A DNA stretch of 64,000 nt from Longimicrobiales bacterium (GTDB lineage Bacteria > Gemmatimonadota > Gemmatimonadetes > Longimicrobiales > Gaopeijiaceae). A program made the position numbers and the translations under genes. The notes beneath the pieces were generated by a model that was not told where the DNA came from, made no database searches, and saw nothing but the letters and a program-made list of their open reading frames with translations. Within the stretch, counting starts at the first letter, position 1. Each line of letters begins with the position of its first letter. Shown piece by piece: positions 18,609-29,000 of this stretch. The DNA lies in contig OZ242008.1 in NCBI GenBank assembly GCA_965204735.1, forward strand, positions 1,504,001-1,568,000, given 5' to 3'.

Positions 18609-18862
18609 TTCGGCAGCCCGCGCTCGTCATACAGCACATCGCCGTGATCGACTGCGACGGGTCCCGGCCCCAGGCTGTCGGCGCAACGGCGCGCCACTGC
18701 GAGAATCTCTTCGACGCGATGCTCCGCGCTCGCTTCGTGACGCTTGCGCTCCAGGCGCTGGCGCAGCGCGACGGTGATCGCCGTGGTCTTCGTCTCGCCC
18801 GTCAGCTCCGCCAGCTCGCTCGCCAGCCGACAGGTCTCCGCGTTCTTGATCGTCAGGCTCAT
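18605..18862 (-). CDS. vapB: VapB-type antitoxin (Rv0623-like family)
   Basis: 'MSLTIKNAETCRLASELAELTGETKTTAITVALRQRL...LYDERGLPK'; GGAGG RBS upstream. Confidence 0.9.
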   Translation of the reverse strand: MSLTIKNAETCRLASELAELTGETKTTAITVALRQRLERKRHEASAEHRVEEILAVARRCADSLGPGPVAVDHGDVLYDERGLPK

Positions 18863-19046
18863 CCGGACTCCTCCCACCGCCGCTGGGTTCGCCCCCTTGA
18901 CCCGTCCACCTTCCGGGTGCGACTATTCGACTCTGTACCCGCTCCGGCCGCGCCCCCGCCGAGAGCCGCCCGTCCGCCAACCCCCACAGGAAGCGGCGTC
19001 CGGCCCCGTCGGGGCTGCGTCGCGCCGAACCAAGGAGAGTGCCAAG

Positions 19047-19562
19047 ATCGCAGAAAAACGCGTCAGGGTGAACGACCAGATCAGGATCAGCCCGATCCGT
19101 CTGATCGCGGAGGAGGGAGGGCAGATCGGGATCGTTTCCCTGGACGACGCTCGCGCGCGGGCATCGGAGCTGGGGTTGGACTTGGTCGAGGTCGCCCCGG
19201 AATCGAGGCCGCCCGTGGTTCGCCTGATGGACTACGGCAAGTACAAGTACAAGGCGGCCCGGGCCGCTCGCGAGGCGAAGAAGAAGCAGCACACAGTCCA
19301 GATCAAGGAGGTCAAGTTCCGCCCCGGAATCGAAGACCACGACTACGAGTTCAAGCGCCGCCACGCCCGTCGCTTCCTGACCGAAGGCAACAAGGTCAAG
19401 CTCACCATGATGTTTCGCGGCCGCCAAGCCGCTCACCCGGAGCTGGGGCGGGAAGTGCTGTTGCGCCTGACCAACGACCTCAGCGACTGCGCCCGGATCG
19501 AGCAGTACCCGAACTTCGAGGGGCGCCAGATGTCGATGATCCTGATCCCCCTCAAGAACTAG
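19047..19562 (+). CDS. infC: Translation initiation factor IF-3 (probable non-AUG ATC start)
   Basis: 'RVNDQIR', 'GLDLVEVAP', 'MDYGKYKY', 'IKEVKFRP', '[11 protein letters not shown]'. AGGAG at 19033-19037 precedes in-frame ATC at 19047. Confidence 0.97.
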   Translation: MAEKRVRVNDQIRISPIRLIAEEGGQIGIVSLDDARARASELGLDLVEVAPESRPPVVRLMDYGKYKYKAARAAREAKKKQHTVQIKEVKFRPGIEDHDYEFKRRHARRFLTEGNKVKLTMMFRGRQAAHPELGREVLLRLTNDLSDCARIEQYPNFEGRQMSMILIPLKN

Positions 19563-19587
19563 CCCGAGAACTAGCCCGAGAGGACCC

Positions 19588-19785
19588 ATGCCGAAGATGA
19601 AGACGAACCGGGGCGCGGCGAAGCGCATCCGGAAGACAGGATCCGGGAAGCTGGCGAGGAGGCGGGCGTACAAGTCCCACATCCTCACCAAGAAGAACAG
19701 GAAGCGGAAGCGTCGGCTCCGCAGCGGGACGATGGCCTCCAAGGCCGACGCCCGCCGCGTGCGCCGGATGCTGCCGGGCAAGTAA
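19588..19785 (+). CDS. rpmI: 50S ribosomal protein L35
   Basis: '[13 protein letters not shown]...SHILTKK'. Confidence 0.98.
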   Translation: MPKMKTNRGAAKRIRKTGSGKLARRRAYKSHILTKKNRKRKRRLRSGTMASKADARRVRRMLPGK

Positions 19786-19798
19786 GGAGGCCGAACCG

Positions 19799-20158
19799 AT
19801 GCCGCGCACGACCCGCGCCCCTGCCCGCCACAAGCGGAAGAAGAAGGTGCTCCGCGCCGCCAAGGGCTACTTCGGCGGGCGCAAGAACCTGTACCGGACG
19901 GCCAAGGACGCCGTCGAGAAGGGCTGGGAGCACGCCTACCGGGACAGGAAGAAGAAGAAGCGGAACTTCCGCCGCCTCTGGATCGCCAGGATCAACGCCG
20001 CCGCCCGAGAGCACGAGATCTCCTACTCCCGCTTCATGAACGGGCTGCGGCAGGCCGGCGTCGAGCTGGACCGGAAGGCGCTGGCGGACTTGGCCGTGCG
20101 GAGCCCCGACGCCTTCGCCTCCTTGGCGGAACGAGCCAAGGCGGCGCTGGACAAGTAG
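19799..20158 (+). CDS. rplT: 50S ribosomal protein L20
   Basis: 'AKGYFG', '[23 protein letters not shown]', '[10 protein letters not shown]'; AAGGAGG RBS. Confidence 0.98.
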   Translation: MPRTTRAPARHKRKKKVLRAAKGYFGGRKNLYRTAKDAVEKGWEHAYRDRKKKKRNFRRLWIARINAAAREHEISYSRFMNGLRQAGVELDRKALADLAVRSPDAFASLAERAKAALDK

Positions 20159-20213
20159 CGGGCGCGCGGCCAGGCGTCGTTCGGCGCGCCCCTTTGCTCG
20201 ACCCCGCCGTTCC

Positions 20214-21212
20214 ATGACCAGCGTGCCCATCGTCGAGGCGCTCGGCGCCCTCCGGGAAGAGGCCCTGGCGGCCGTGCAGGAGGCCCGAGACCCGGGGGAC
20301 CTGGAGCGGGTGCGGGTGGCGTACCTGGGGCGCAAGGAGGGCCGGATCTCCCGGCTACTCCGGGGTCTGGGCAAGCTGCCTCCGCAGGACCGGCCAGCGG
20401 CGGGCGCCGAAGCGAACCGCGCGAAGAGGGCGGTGGCCAAGGCGCTCGAGGAGAGGGCGAGCGCGTTTGCGGCCGACGCCTCCCAAGCCGGTGCCCCCGT
20501 CGACCTGACCCTTCCGCCCCAGGAGAAGTGGCGGGGAAGCGTCCACCCCGTGAGCCGGGCGATCGACGACATCTGGGCGATCTTCCGCAGCCTGGGCTTC
20601 ACTCGGGCGCGCGGCCCCGAAGTGGACGACGAGTGGCACAACTTCGTAGCCCTCAACACCCCTCTGGACCACCCGGCGGCCGACGAGCAGGACACCCTCT
20701 ACCTCGGGCCGGGACTCCTCCTGCGCAGCCACACCTCGCCGGTCCAGGTCCGCACGATGCGGCACCACGAGCCGCCGCTCCGGATCGTCGCGCCGGGCAT
20801 GGTCTACCGTCGCGACACCTACGACGCCACCCACACGCCGGCGTTCGCCCAGATCGAGGGGCTGGTGGTGGACGAGGGAGTCACCTTCGTGGACTTCAAG
20901 GCCACCCTGGCCGAGTTCGCCCGCCGCTTCTGGGGGCCGGGGACGCGGGTGCGCTTCCGTCCGTCGTTCTTCCCGTTCACCGAGCCCTCGGCGGAGGTGG
21001 ACGTGAAGCGGGAAGGCTCCGACTGGCTGGAGATCATGGGCGCGGGAATGGTCGATCCGGCCGTGCTGGAGAACGTGGGCTACGATCCGGAGCGCTATGC
21101 CGGGTGGGCGTTCGGCATGGGGCCGGCGCGGATCGCGATGCTCCGCCACGGGGTCCGAGACCTGCGCCTCTTCTACGAGAACGACATGCGCTTCCTGGGG
21201 CAGTTCGCATGA
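20214..21212 (+). CDS. pheS: Phenylalanine--tRNA ligase alpha subunit
   Basis: 'LLRSHTSPVQ', 'YDATHTP.F.QIEGL', 'RFRPSFFPFTEPSAEVD', 'GWAFGMG', 'ENDMRFL.QF'. Confidence 0.98.
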   Translation: MTSVPIVEALGALREEALAAVQEARDPGDLERVRVAYLGRKEGRISRLLRGLGKLPPQDRPAAGAEANRAKRAVAKALEERASAFAADASQAGAPVDLTLPPQEKWRGSVHPVSRAIDDIWAIFRSLGFTRARGPEVDDEWHNFVALNTPLDHPAADEQDTLYLGPGLLLRSHTSPVQVRTMRHHEPPLRIVAPGMVYRRDTYDATHTPAFAQIEGLVVDEGVTFVDFKATLAEFARRFWGPGTRVRFRPSFFPFTEPSAEVDVKREGSDWLEIMGAGMVDPAVLENVGYDPERYAGWAFGMGPARIAMLRHGVRDLRLFYENDMRFLGQFA

Positions 21213-21228
21213 GGGCGGCGGCCGCTTC

Positions 21229-23985
21229 ATGAAGGTCTCGTACCGCTGGCTTCGGGAGCTGGCGCCGGGGATCGGCCTCTCGCCGGAAGAGGCGGTCGAG
21301 CGCTTGGCGCTGCGGGGCGCGCCCGTGGAGGAGGTGGTGGACCTCTCGGCGGGCCTGGGCGACGTGACGATCGGCCAAGTGCTGGAGGCCGCTCCCCATC
21401 CTGGGGCCGACCGCCTGACGCTCTGCCGGGTCGCGGGGCCGGCCGGCGAGGTGCCGGTGGTGTGCGGCGCGCCCGATGTGCGCGCCGGCGCCTTCTACCC
21501 CTTCGCCCCCGTGGGCTCGACGCTGCCCGGCGGCTTCAAGATCGGCCGGCGCAAGATCCGAGGAGAGCGCAGCGAAGGCATGCTGTGCTCCGAGAGAGAG
21601 CTGGGGCTGGGCGCCGACCACGCCGGGATCATGCTGCTGGACGGCGACTTCGACCCCGGCGCGCCCTTCGTGGAGGCGGTGGGGCTGAACGACTTCCGCT
21701 TCGACGTGGAGGTCACGCCCAACCGGGGCGACCTGCTCTCGCACGTCGGCGTCGCCAGGGAGCTTCACCCCCATGGGCAAGCCGCCATTGCGCTGCCCCC
21801 GTTCCCCGCTTCCGACCCGGGCGCCGGCGGAAACGCCCACTCCCACGCCCGGCCGGGCCTCGATGCGCCGGAGCGCGGCGGCGGGGCGGACGCCGGCGGA
21901 AACGCGCACGCCCACGCCCGGCCTCTCTCCAGCGGTCCCATGGACCCAGACACAGGCACGGCGTCCTTCGCCCGGGGCGGTGCCGAAGCCGAGTCGGCCG
22001 GCGTCGCCGTCGCGATCGAGGAGCCGGAACTCTGTCCCCGCTACCTGGGCGCGGTGATTCGTGGAGTCTCGGTCGGCCCGTCGCCCCTCTGGTTGGCGAA
22101 CCGGCTGCGGGCCGTGGGCGCCCGCCCCGTGAACAACGTCGTGGACGCCACCAACTACGCGATGCTGGAGCTGGGCCAGCCCCTTCACGCCTTCGACCTG
22201 GCCAAGCTGGAGGGCTCGGCGGTGGTCGTGGGGAAGGCCCGGCCGGGCGAGTCCCTGGTCACCCTGGACGGCGAGAACCGCGCCCTCTCGCCCGAGATGC
22301 TGACGATCCGCGACGCCGCGAGTCCGGTGGCCGTGGCGGGCGTGATGGGCGGCGCCGCCTCGGAAGTCTCGACCGGAACCGCCGACGTGCTGCTGGAGTG
22401 CGCCCTCTTCGAGCCCCGGCAGGTAAGGGCCGCTCGCCGAGCCCTGGGAATGTCCACCGACGCCAGCTACCGCTTCGAGCGGGGCGTCGATCCGGAGACG
22501 ATGGAGACCGCCGTGCACCGGGCCGCCTCCCTGATCGCGGCGGTGGCCGGCGGCGCCCTGTGCGGCCAGGTGATCGACGCCTGTCCGTCGCCGTGGAAGC
22601 CCCCCGTCGTGGAGCTCCGCCCATCTCGCGTGCGCCGGGTCCTGGGGGTCGGCTTCCAGCCGGACGAGATCGCCGGCCTGCTGACGCCTTTGGGCTACGC
22701 CATGGCCGAAGGGGACGGGGCGGACACCCGGGACCGGGCGGCCGACGCTCCGGCCGACCGCGCGACAGTCGGCGACGCTCCGGCCGACCGCGTGACCGCC
22801 GGCGACGCTCTAGACGACCGCGCGACAGTCGGCGACGCTCCGGCGACCGGCGAGGAGGGTGCGCTCCGCTTCCGCGTGCCGGGCCACAGAAGCTGGGACA
22901 CGCTTCGCGAGATCGACCTGATCGAGGAAGTCGCCCGCACCCACGGCTACGACGCCTTCCCCGAGACCCTGGGTCCTTATCGACCCGGAACGGTCCCCGA
23001 CCACCCCCTCTTTCGTCTGGAGGACGCGCTGCGCTCGGCGCTCGTCGCCGACGGGATCAGCGAGGCCCAGACCCCGGCCCTCTCTCCCGTGGCCCACGGC
23101 GACGTGACCGTGCTCAACCCCGTCTCGGATCAGGAGAGCCGACTGCGCCGGGACCTGCTCTCCGGCCTGCTCCGCCACGTGGAGCGCAACATGGCCCGGG
23201 GAACGGGCGACGTGCGGCTCTTCGAGCTGGGCACGGCGTTCGCGCCGCCCGAGCCTCGGCCGCGGCGCGCACGCGCCAGTGCCGGCGTCGCCGTCGCCGA
23301 CTCCGGCAAGGCGGCTTCTGCCTCCGCCCCCCGGGAGACGACCCGGGCCGCGGTCGTGCTTGCGGGCCGCCGGGCGCCGGTCCACTGGTCGGGCGACGGA
23401 GAGCGCTTCGGGGTGCACGACGCGGCCCGCGTGCTGGCGCTGATCGCCCGGGAGGCGCACCCTGCCGCCCAGGCGGCGCCCGCCGACGGCGAGGACTCGC
23501 GCTTCGTCACGGGGCGTTGGTACCGGCTGGTGGACGAGGGCGGCCAAGTGGTGGGCGCCGGCGGCGAACTCCGCCCCGCCAACGTGGACCTCCCCCCCTG
23601 GGCCGGCGTGGTGGTGGGCGCCGAAGTCGTTCTTCCCGAGGCGCCCGCGCCCCGCCCGGACGCGACCGCCAAGCCGCTGCCCGACCAGCCTTCCTCGACC
23701 CGGGACGTGGCCATGCTGGTCCCGCGCCGCACGCCGGCCGGCGTCGTGCTGGAGGCGGTTCGGGGCGCGAAGGCGGCCGTGCTCGAGGACGCCGAGATAT
23801 TCGACGTCTACGAAGGCGGCGACCTGCCGGCGGGAAGCCGCTCCGTGGCGTTTCGCTTGCGCTTCCGAGCTTCGGACCGAACCCTCACGGAGGCGGAAGT
23901 GGACCGGGCGTTGCGCCGAGTGCTTCGCAAGGTGAAGGAGGAAACGGGTGTCGAGCCAAGGGTCGTCCAGCCAGACGGCGGCTAG
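21229..23985 (+). CDS. pheT: Phenylalanine--tRNA ligase beta subunit (with repeat insertions)
   Basis: 'MKVSYRWL', 'HPGADRL', 'SEGMLCS', 'TPNRGDLLS', 'NNVVDATNY.MLELGQPLHAFD', 'DASYRFERGVD', 'DLIEEVAR', 'FDVYEG...SVAFRL...RTLT'. Confidence 0.97.
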   Translation: MKVSYRWLRELAPGIGLSPEEAVERLALRGAPVEEVVDLSAGLGDVTIGQVLEAAPHPGADRLTLCRVAGPAGEVPVVCGAPDVRAGAFYPFAPVGSTLPGGFKIGRRKIRGERSEGMLCSERELGLGADHAGIMLLDGDFDPGAPFVEAVGLNDFRFDVEVTPNRGDLLSHVGVARELHPHGQAAIALPPFPASDPGAGGNAHSHARPGLDAPERGGGADAGGNAHAHARPLSSGPMDPDTGTASFARGGAEAESAGVAVAIEEPELCPRYLGAVIRGVSVGPSPLWLANRLRAVGARPVNNVVDATNYAMLELGQPLHAFDLAKLEGSAVVVGKARPGESLVTLDGENRALSPEMLTIRDAASPVAVAGVMGGAASEVSTGTADVLLECALFEPRQVRAARRALGMSTDASYRFERGVDPETMETAVHRAASLIAAVAGGALCGQVIDACPSPWKPPVVELRPSRVRRVLGVGFQPDEIAGLLTPLGYAMAEGDGADTRDRAADAPADRATVGDAPADRVTAGDALDDRATVGDAPATGEEGALRFRVPGHRSWDTLREIDLIEEVARTHGYDAFPETLGPYRPGTVPDHPLFRLEDALRSALVADGISEAQTPALSPVAHGDVTVLNPVSDQESRLRRDLLSGLLRHVERNMARGTGDVRLFELGTAFAPPEPRPRRARASAGVAVADSGKAASASAPRETTRAAVVLAGRRAPVHWSGDGERFGVHDAARVLALIAREAHPAAQAAPADGEDSRFVTGRWYRLVDEGGQVVGAGGELRPANVDLPPWAGVVVGAEVVLPEAPAPRPDATAKPLPDQPSSTRDVAMLVPRRTPAGVVLEAVRGAKAAVLEDAEIFDVYEGGDLPAGSRSVAFRLRFRASDRTLTEAEVDRALRRVLRKVKEETGVEPRVVQPDGG
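22741..22850 (+). repeat. In-frame 30-bp tandem repeat (about 3.5 copies) inside pheT
   Basis: Units start at 22741, 22771, 22801 and 22831, consensus ggcgacgctccggccgaccgcgcgacagtc (GDAPADRATV). Confidence 0.9.
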
Positions 23986-24364
23986 CCGGGAGTCGCCCGG
24001 CCCAGGGTCGCCCGGCCGAGGATCGGCCAGCCCGGAGTCCTCCGGCCCAAGGTCCTCGAGCTGGTCGTCCGACGAGTCGGCGGCCCGCGTGCCGGAGATG
24101 CGCGCTTTGGAGCTGGCCGTCGGCAGAGTCGTGGCCGAGGTGCGCGGCCTTCGCCGAAGGGCCAAGGAGGCGGAGGAGCGGGCGGAACGGATCGACGAGC
24201 TTCTCCGGGAGTTCTCGGAAGGCAGCGAGGACCCCGGCACCCTGGCGCGGAAGGTGGCGAAGCTGGAAGGCGAGAACGAAGCGCTCCGGGCCCGGATACG
24301 CCGAGGCCGGGAGGGGATCGATCGGATCATGGCCAGAATTCGCTTTCTGGAGGACCGGCGATGA
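23948..24364 (+). CDS. ZapB-like coiled-coil cell division protein (start uncertain; alternative ATG 24098)
   Basis: Coiled coil 'LEGENEALRARIRRGRE.IDRIMARIRFLE'; lies between pheT and zapA; AAGGAGG upstream of GTG 23948. Confidence 0.7.
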   Translation: MSSQGSSSQTAASRESPGPGSPGRGSASPESSGPRSSSWSSDESAARVPEMRALELAVGRVVAEVRGLRRRAKEAEERAERIDELLREFSEGSEDPGTLARKVAKLEGENEALRARIRRGREGIDRIMARIRFLEDRR

Positions 24365-24642
24365 GCGGGCGAGACGAAGGCCGGACGGCGGTGCGCGTGG
24401 AGATCGCAGGAGAGGAGTACACGATCCGCAGCGACGCCGACGAGGAGTACACCCGACGTTGCGCCGCTCTGGTGGACGAGCGGATGCGTCGCTTCGACGG
24501 CGCCCCCGTCGCCGTCGCCCAGAAGCGGGTCGCGATCTTGGCGGCGCTGTCGATCGCCAGCGACCTCTTCCAGCACCAAGCCCAAGTCGAGGAACGGACG
24601 CGCGCCCAGGCCAAGCGCCTGGAGGAAGCCCTGGAGGAGTGA
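24361..24642 (+). CDS. zapA: Cell division protein ZapA
   Basis: 'VRVEIAGEEYTIRS...AALVDERM...RVAILAALSIASDLF'. Confidence 0.92.
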   Translation: MSGRDEGRTAVRVEIAGEEYTIRSDADEEYTRRCAALVDERMRRFDGAPVAVAQKRVAILAALSIASDLFQHQAQVEERTRAQAKRLEEALEE

Positions 24643-24645
24643 TCC

Positions 24646-25962
24646 GTGGCGAACCGAAACCCCTTCTCCCGCGACGCCGGACCGCGACTCACCCGGCGGG
24701 GCTGGCTGGCGACCGCGCCTGGAGCGGCCGTCGCCGGCTTGGCGATGACCCGGCTGGACGCGACCACCAATCGGCCGCAAGAGGCGTCCCCGGCGGCCGG
24801 GCGCGACGGGTCCGCTTCCGACCCGGCAAGGCCCGACCCCACCAAAGTTCCGGGGCGCTTCGTCTCCGAGGTGGGCGCCCGGGCGCCCGGCGAGCAGCCT
24901 CGCCGCCTGATCCGCGCCCAGGCGCTCTCCAGCTCCTCCCGCACGCCGATCCACGAGCTGGAGGGCACGATCACGCCGGCGGACCTGCACTTCGAGCGCC
25001 ACCACGCAGGCGTGCCCGAGATCGCGTCCGAGGACCACGAGCTGCTCGTGCACGGGATGGTCGAGCGTCCCATGGTCTTCCGCATGGCCGACCTGAAGCG
25101 GTACCCGCAGGCGTCGCGCATCTGCTTCGTCGAGTGCTCCGGCAACGGGGGCGGAGCCTACCGCCCGGACCGAATCCCCACCCGGATCACCGCCCAGCAG
25201 CTCGACGGACTGATCAGCACCAGCGAGTGGACCGGCGTCATGCTCTCCACGATCCTTCGCGAGGTGGGCGTCCGTCCGGGCGCGAGCTGGCTCCTGGCCG
25301 AGGGCGGAGACGCCGCCGTGATGGGGCGCAGCGTGCCGCTGGAGAAGGCGATGGACGACGCCATGCTCGCCTACGGCCAGAACGGCGAGGCGATCCGTCC
25401 CGAGCAGGGCTACCCGGTGCGGCTCCTGCTGCCCGGCTGGGAAGGCAACGCCCAGGTCAAGTGGCTGCGGCGGATCGAACTCTCGGACCGGCCCACGATG
25501 ACCCGCGACGAGACCTCGCGCTACACCGACCCCCTCAAGGACGGCACCGCCCGCCAGTTCAGCTTCGTGATGGACGCCAAGTCGGTGATCACCTTCCCGT
25601 CGTACCCCTACGTCCTGCCCGAGCGCGGCTGGTGGGAGATCTCGGGACTGGCGTGGACGGGCCGGGGGCGCGTGACCCGGGTCGACGTAAGCACCGACGG
25701 CGGGCGCTCGTGGACCCCGGCGCAGATGCAGGGGCCGGCGCTGCCCAAGTCCACCGTGCGCTTCCGCCATCTTTGGCGCTGGGACGGCCGCGAGACCGTG
25801 ATCCTCAGCCGCGCCACCGACGAGACCGGCTACGTCCAGCCCACCGTCCAGCAGCTCTGGCAGGCCCGGGGCGAAGGCACCGCCTATCACCACAACCACC
25901 AGCGCGCCTGGAAGGTCGCCGCCGACGGAACCGTCACCTTCGGTCTGGGAGAGTTGGTGTGA
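24646..25962 (+). CDS. soxC: Sulfite dehydrogenase / SoxC-type molybdopterin subunit, Tat-exported
   Basis: Twin-arginine 'TRRGWL'; 'ITPADLHFERHHAG', Mo-ligand 'VECSGNG', 'SEWTGV', 'QNGEAIRPEQGYPVRL..PGWEG', 'SRATDETGYVQPT'. Confidence 0.92.
   Translation: MANRNPFSRDAGPRLTRRGWLATAPGAAVAGLAMTRLDATTNRPQEASPAAGRDGSASDPARPDPTKVPGRFVSEVGARAPGEQPRRLIRAQALSSSSRTPIHELEGTITPADLHFERHHAGVPEIASEDHELLVHGMVERPMVFRMADLKRYPQASRICFVECSGNGGGAYRPDRIPTRITAQQLDGLISTSEWTGVMLSTILREVGVRPGASWLLAEGGDAAVMGRSVPLEKAMDDAMLAYGQNGEAIRPEQGYPVRLLLPGWEGNAQVKWLRRIELSDRPTMTRDETSRYTDPLKDGTARQFSFVMDAKSVITFPSYPYVLPERGWWEISGLAWTGRGRVTRVDVSTDGGRSWTPAQMQGPALPKSTVRFRHLWRWDGRETVILSRATDETGYVQPTVQQLWQARGEGTAYHHNHQRAWKVAADGTVTFGLGELV
25932..25962 (+). 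repeat. Left copy of a 31-bp direct repeat (soxC 3' end) flanking giant adhesin 1
   Basis: cgtcaccttcggtctgggagagttggtgtga versus cgtcgccttcgggctgggcgagttggcgtga at 43570-43600: 27/31 identical. Confidence 0.85.
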
Positions 25963-25992
25963 GGGACCGTGGGCCGTCGCCGGAGCCTTGAC

Positions 25993-26020
25993 TTGACACC
26001 ACCAGAATTCATTGTAGCGT
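25993..26020 (+). promoter_or_regulatory. Candidate sigma70 promoter for giant adhesin 1
   Basis: Perfect TTGACA (25993-25998), 16-nt spacer, TAGCGT (26015-26020), in an AT-richer patch. Confidence 0.45.
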
Positions 26021-29000
26021 GAGGTCGCACTCGTCGTCCGAACCCTCCACCTCGCAGCAGGTCGCGTTCACATGTTGCCCCCCCCCCCCCCCCTTCCTGA
26101 TGGCGGGCTGGCCCGAGCGTTCCAGGCTTGAGCCTGTACTGCTCCGTCGTGAACATCGCGATCCCTCCCCCTGTGGCCGGCTGGCCCGAGCGTTCTGGGC
26201 TCGTGCGATGCCGGTAGCGCGAACCGCGCTGGCGGCGGTCGGCCTGCTGGCGGCGGTCGGGACCACGGCGCCGGCGCCGCTGAGTGCCCAAACCACCGTA
26301 ACGGTCGACAGTTTGAGGATGCTCAGTTCGGCGGGGAATGACAGCACCTACGTGCAGGGCGACACGATCCGCGTGGGGGTGTACTACAGCAGCAACACAG
26401 ACGTCAACAGCATACCCTCGCGGCTTTACCTGAAGATCGGGACGGAGACCAGAACGGCGCTGTGGACCGGCCCCTCGGATGGCTGCGATTGCGGGAGCGG
26501 CGGGGCTACTTGGTTCAGGTTTCGGTACGTTGTGCAGCCGGAGGATGTCGACGCGGACGGAATCACTACCGATTCGTTGGGGGCTTACGACATAACCGCT
26601 GCGGACGGTACCGCAATCAACGGGTCCTTGACCGGCGTCGCGATCACGAACGCTGCGGCGCACAAGGTGGACGGCGCGTTGGGGTATCCGAAGGTGACGG
26701 GGGTGACGATATCGAGCAGCGCGGGCGCCGACAACACGTACAATGTTGACGACACGATAGCGGTGACGGTGGCGTTCGACTCGACGGTGGCGGTGACGGG
26801 CACGCCGCAGCTGGCCTTGGGGATCGGGAGCGCGACGCGGCAGGCGAACTACGCGAGCGGCACGGGATCGACGGCGCTGGTGTTCCGGTACGTGGTGGTG
26901 GTGGGGGACGAGGACACGGACGGGATCAGCATCGGCGCGAACGCGCTGACGCTGAACGGCGGCACGATCAGGCTCGGCACGAAGAACGCGGTCCTGAGCA
27001 GCTTGGCCAGCCACGCGATCACGAACGCCGCGGCGCACAAGGTGGACACCCCGCCGGCGGTGACGGACGTCGTGTTCCCGAATTCTCCGGCAGAGGGAGA
27101 TTCGCTTTGGCGCAGGCTCGAACATATGCGAGTTTCGGTCCATTTCACGAAGTCGGTTTGGGTCACGGGCTCGCCGCGGCTGGCCCTGACGATCGGCGCG
27201 AACACCCGGCAGGCGAGCTACCAGTCGGGCAGCGGATCGGATTCCCTGGTGTTCTCCTACCGGATCGAGGACACGGACGAGGACACGACCGGCGTGAGCA
27301 TTGGGGCGAGCGCGCTGACGCTGAACAGCGGGACGATCAAGGCCTCGAGCGACTCGACGGACGCCGCCTTGTCGCTTGGCTCGCACGCCGTCAGCAACGC
27401 CGCGGCCCACAAGGTGGACGGCATCACGCGCTTCGCTGGCCCAGTAGTCTTTGTGACCAACCCGGGTGCTGATTCGACGTTCGCCTTCGGCGACCAAATC
27501 ATCATAGACATCTACTTCAACAACCTCATCAACTCGCCTGGGGCAGGTGCTGTAACGCTTAACGTCCAGATCGGCACGAGGACGGTACCCTTCGCTTATA
27601 CTGGCGTCGCCCCGAATTATTTGTCGTTCACGCACTACGTTACGACCGACGACATCGACGCGGATGGCCTCAGCCTTCCCGAGAACGCGTTGAGCGGCAG
27701 CGTAAGTGGTGGGGGCAGGGCTGCGGTCACCGGGCTTCGTGGGCATGCCATCACGAACGACCCCACCAGGAAGGTCAATGGCCTGCTGGGCTTGCCGGAT
27801 GTTCAGCGAACGTCGATCACCAGCGACGCGGGCACGGACAGCACGTACGTGCGGGGCGACGTGATCGAGATCGGGGTGGTCTTCGACGAGAACGTGACGG
27901 TGACGGGCACGCCGCAGCTGGCGTTGACGATCGGCGCGAACACGCGGCAGGCGAGATACATCTCCGGCAGCGGGGGGGATTCGCTGACGTTCCGCTACGC
28001 CACGCTGACGACGGACGCGGACGCCGACGGGATCAGCTATTCGGCGAACGCGCTGACTCTGAACGGGGGAACGATCAAGGGGACGGTCGTGTATGGGGAC
28101 ACCACGCGGAACGCGCACCTGGGCTTGAAGACCCATGTCGTCGCCAACGGGGCGGCGCACAAGGTGGACGGTTCGCAGGGCCCCCCGGTAGTGGTGGGCG
28201 TGGCGATCGCGAGCGACGCGGGGGCGGACAGCGCCTACGTCGTGGGCGACACGATCGAGGTCGACGTGGTGTTCGTCGAGAACGTGGACGTGACGGGGAC
28301 GCCGCAGCTGGCGCTGACGATCGGTTCGCAGGCGCGACAGGCGAGCTACGCGTCGGGGACGGGCGGCGATTCGCTGACGTTCCGCTACGTGGCAGTGGCG
28401 GGAGACATCGACACGGACGGGCTGAGCATCGGCGAGAGCGCGCTGACGCTGAACAGCGGTACGATCAGGCGGGCGGGCAGCACGACGGTGGACGCGAGCT
28501 TGGGATTGAGCATCTACACGGTGACGAACGCGGCGGCGCACAAGGTGCTGGCCGTGCAGGGGTTGCCGCACGTGACGGGCACGGCGATCACGAGCGATCC
28601 GGGGACGGACAGCACCTACGCGGCCGGCGACACGATCGAGGTGGCCGTGGTGTTCAACGAGAACGTGAACGTGACGGGCACGCCGCAGCTGGCGTTGGAG
28701 ATCGGCGCGGCGACGAGGCAGGCGAGCTACGTGTCGGGGACCGGCGGGGATTCGCTGACGTTCCGCTACGTCACGGTGGCGGCGGACACGGACACGACCG
28801 GGATCAGCTATTCGGTGGACGCGCTGACGCTGAACGGCGGTACGATCAGGCGGGTGGCCACGGTGTTGGACGCGGTCGTCAGCTTGCTGACCCATGTGGT
28901 CACCAACGACGCGGCGCACCAGGTGCGTCCCACGAGCAACAAGGTGACGGGGTTGTCGGTCAACTCGGCGGGTCCGGACTCGACGTTCGTCAGGGGCGAC

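Noticed and set aside
21462..25991. 1509-aa + strand ORF and 1029-aa - strand ORF over pheT-soxC
   Set aside because: Off-frame GC-rich shadows of well-supported genes.
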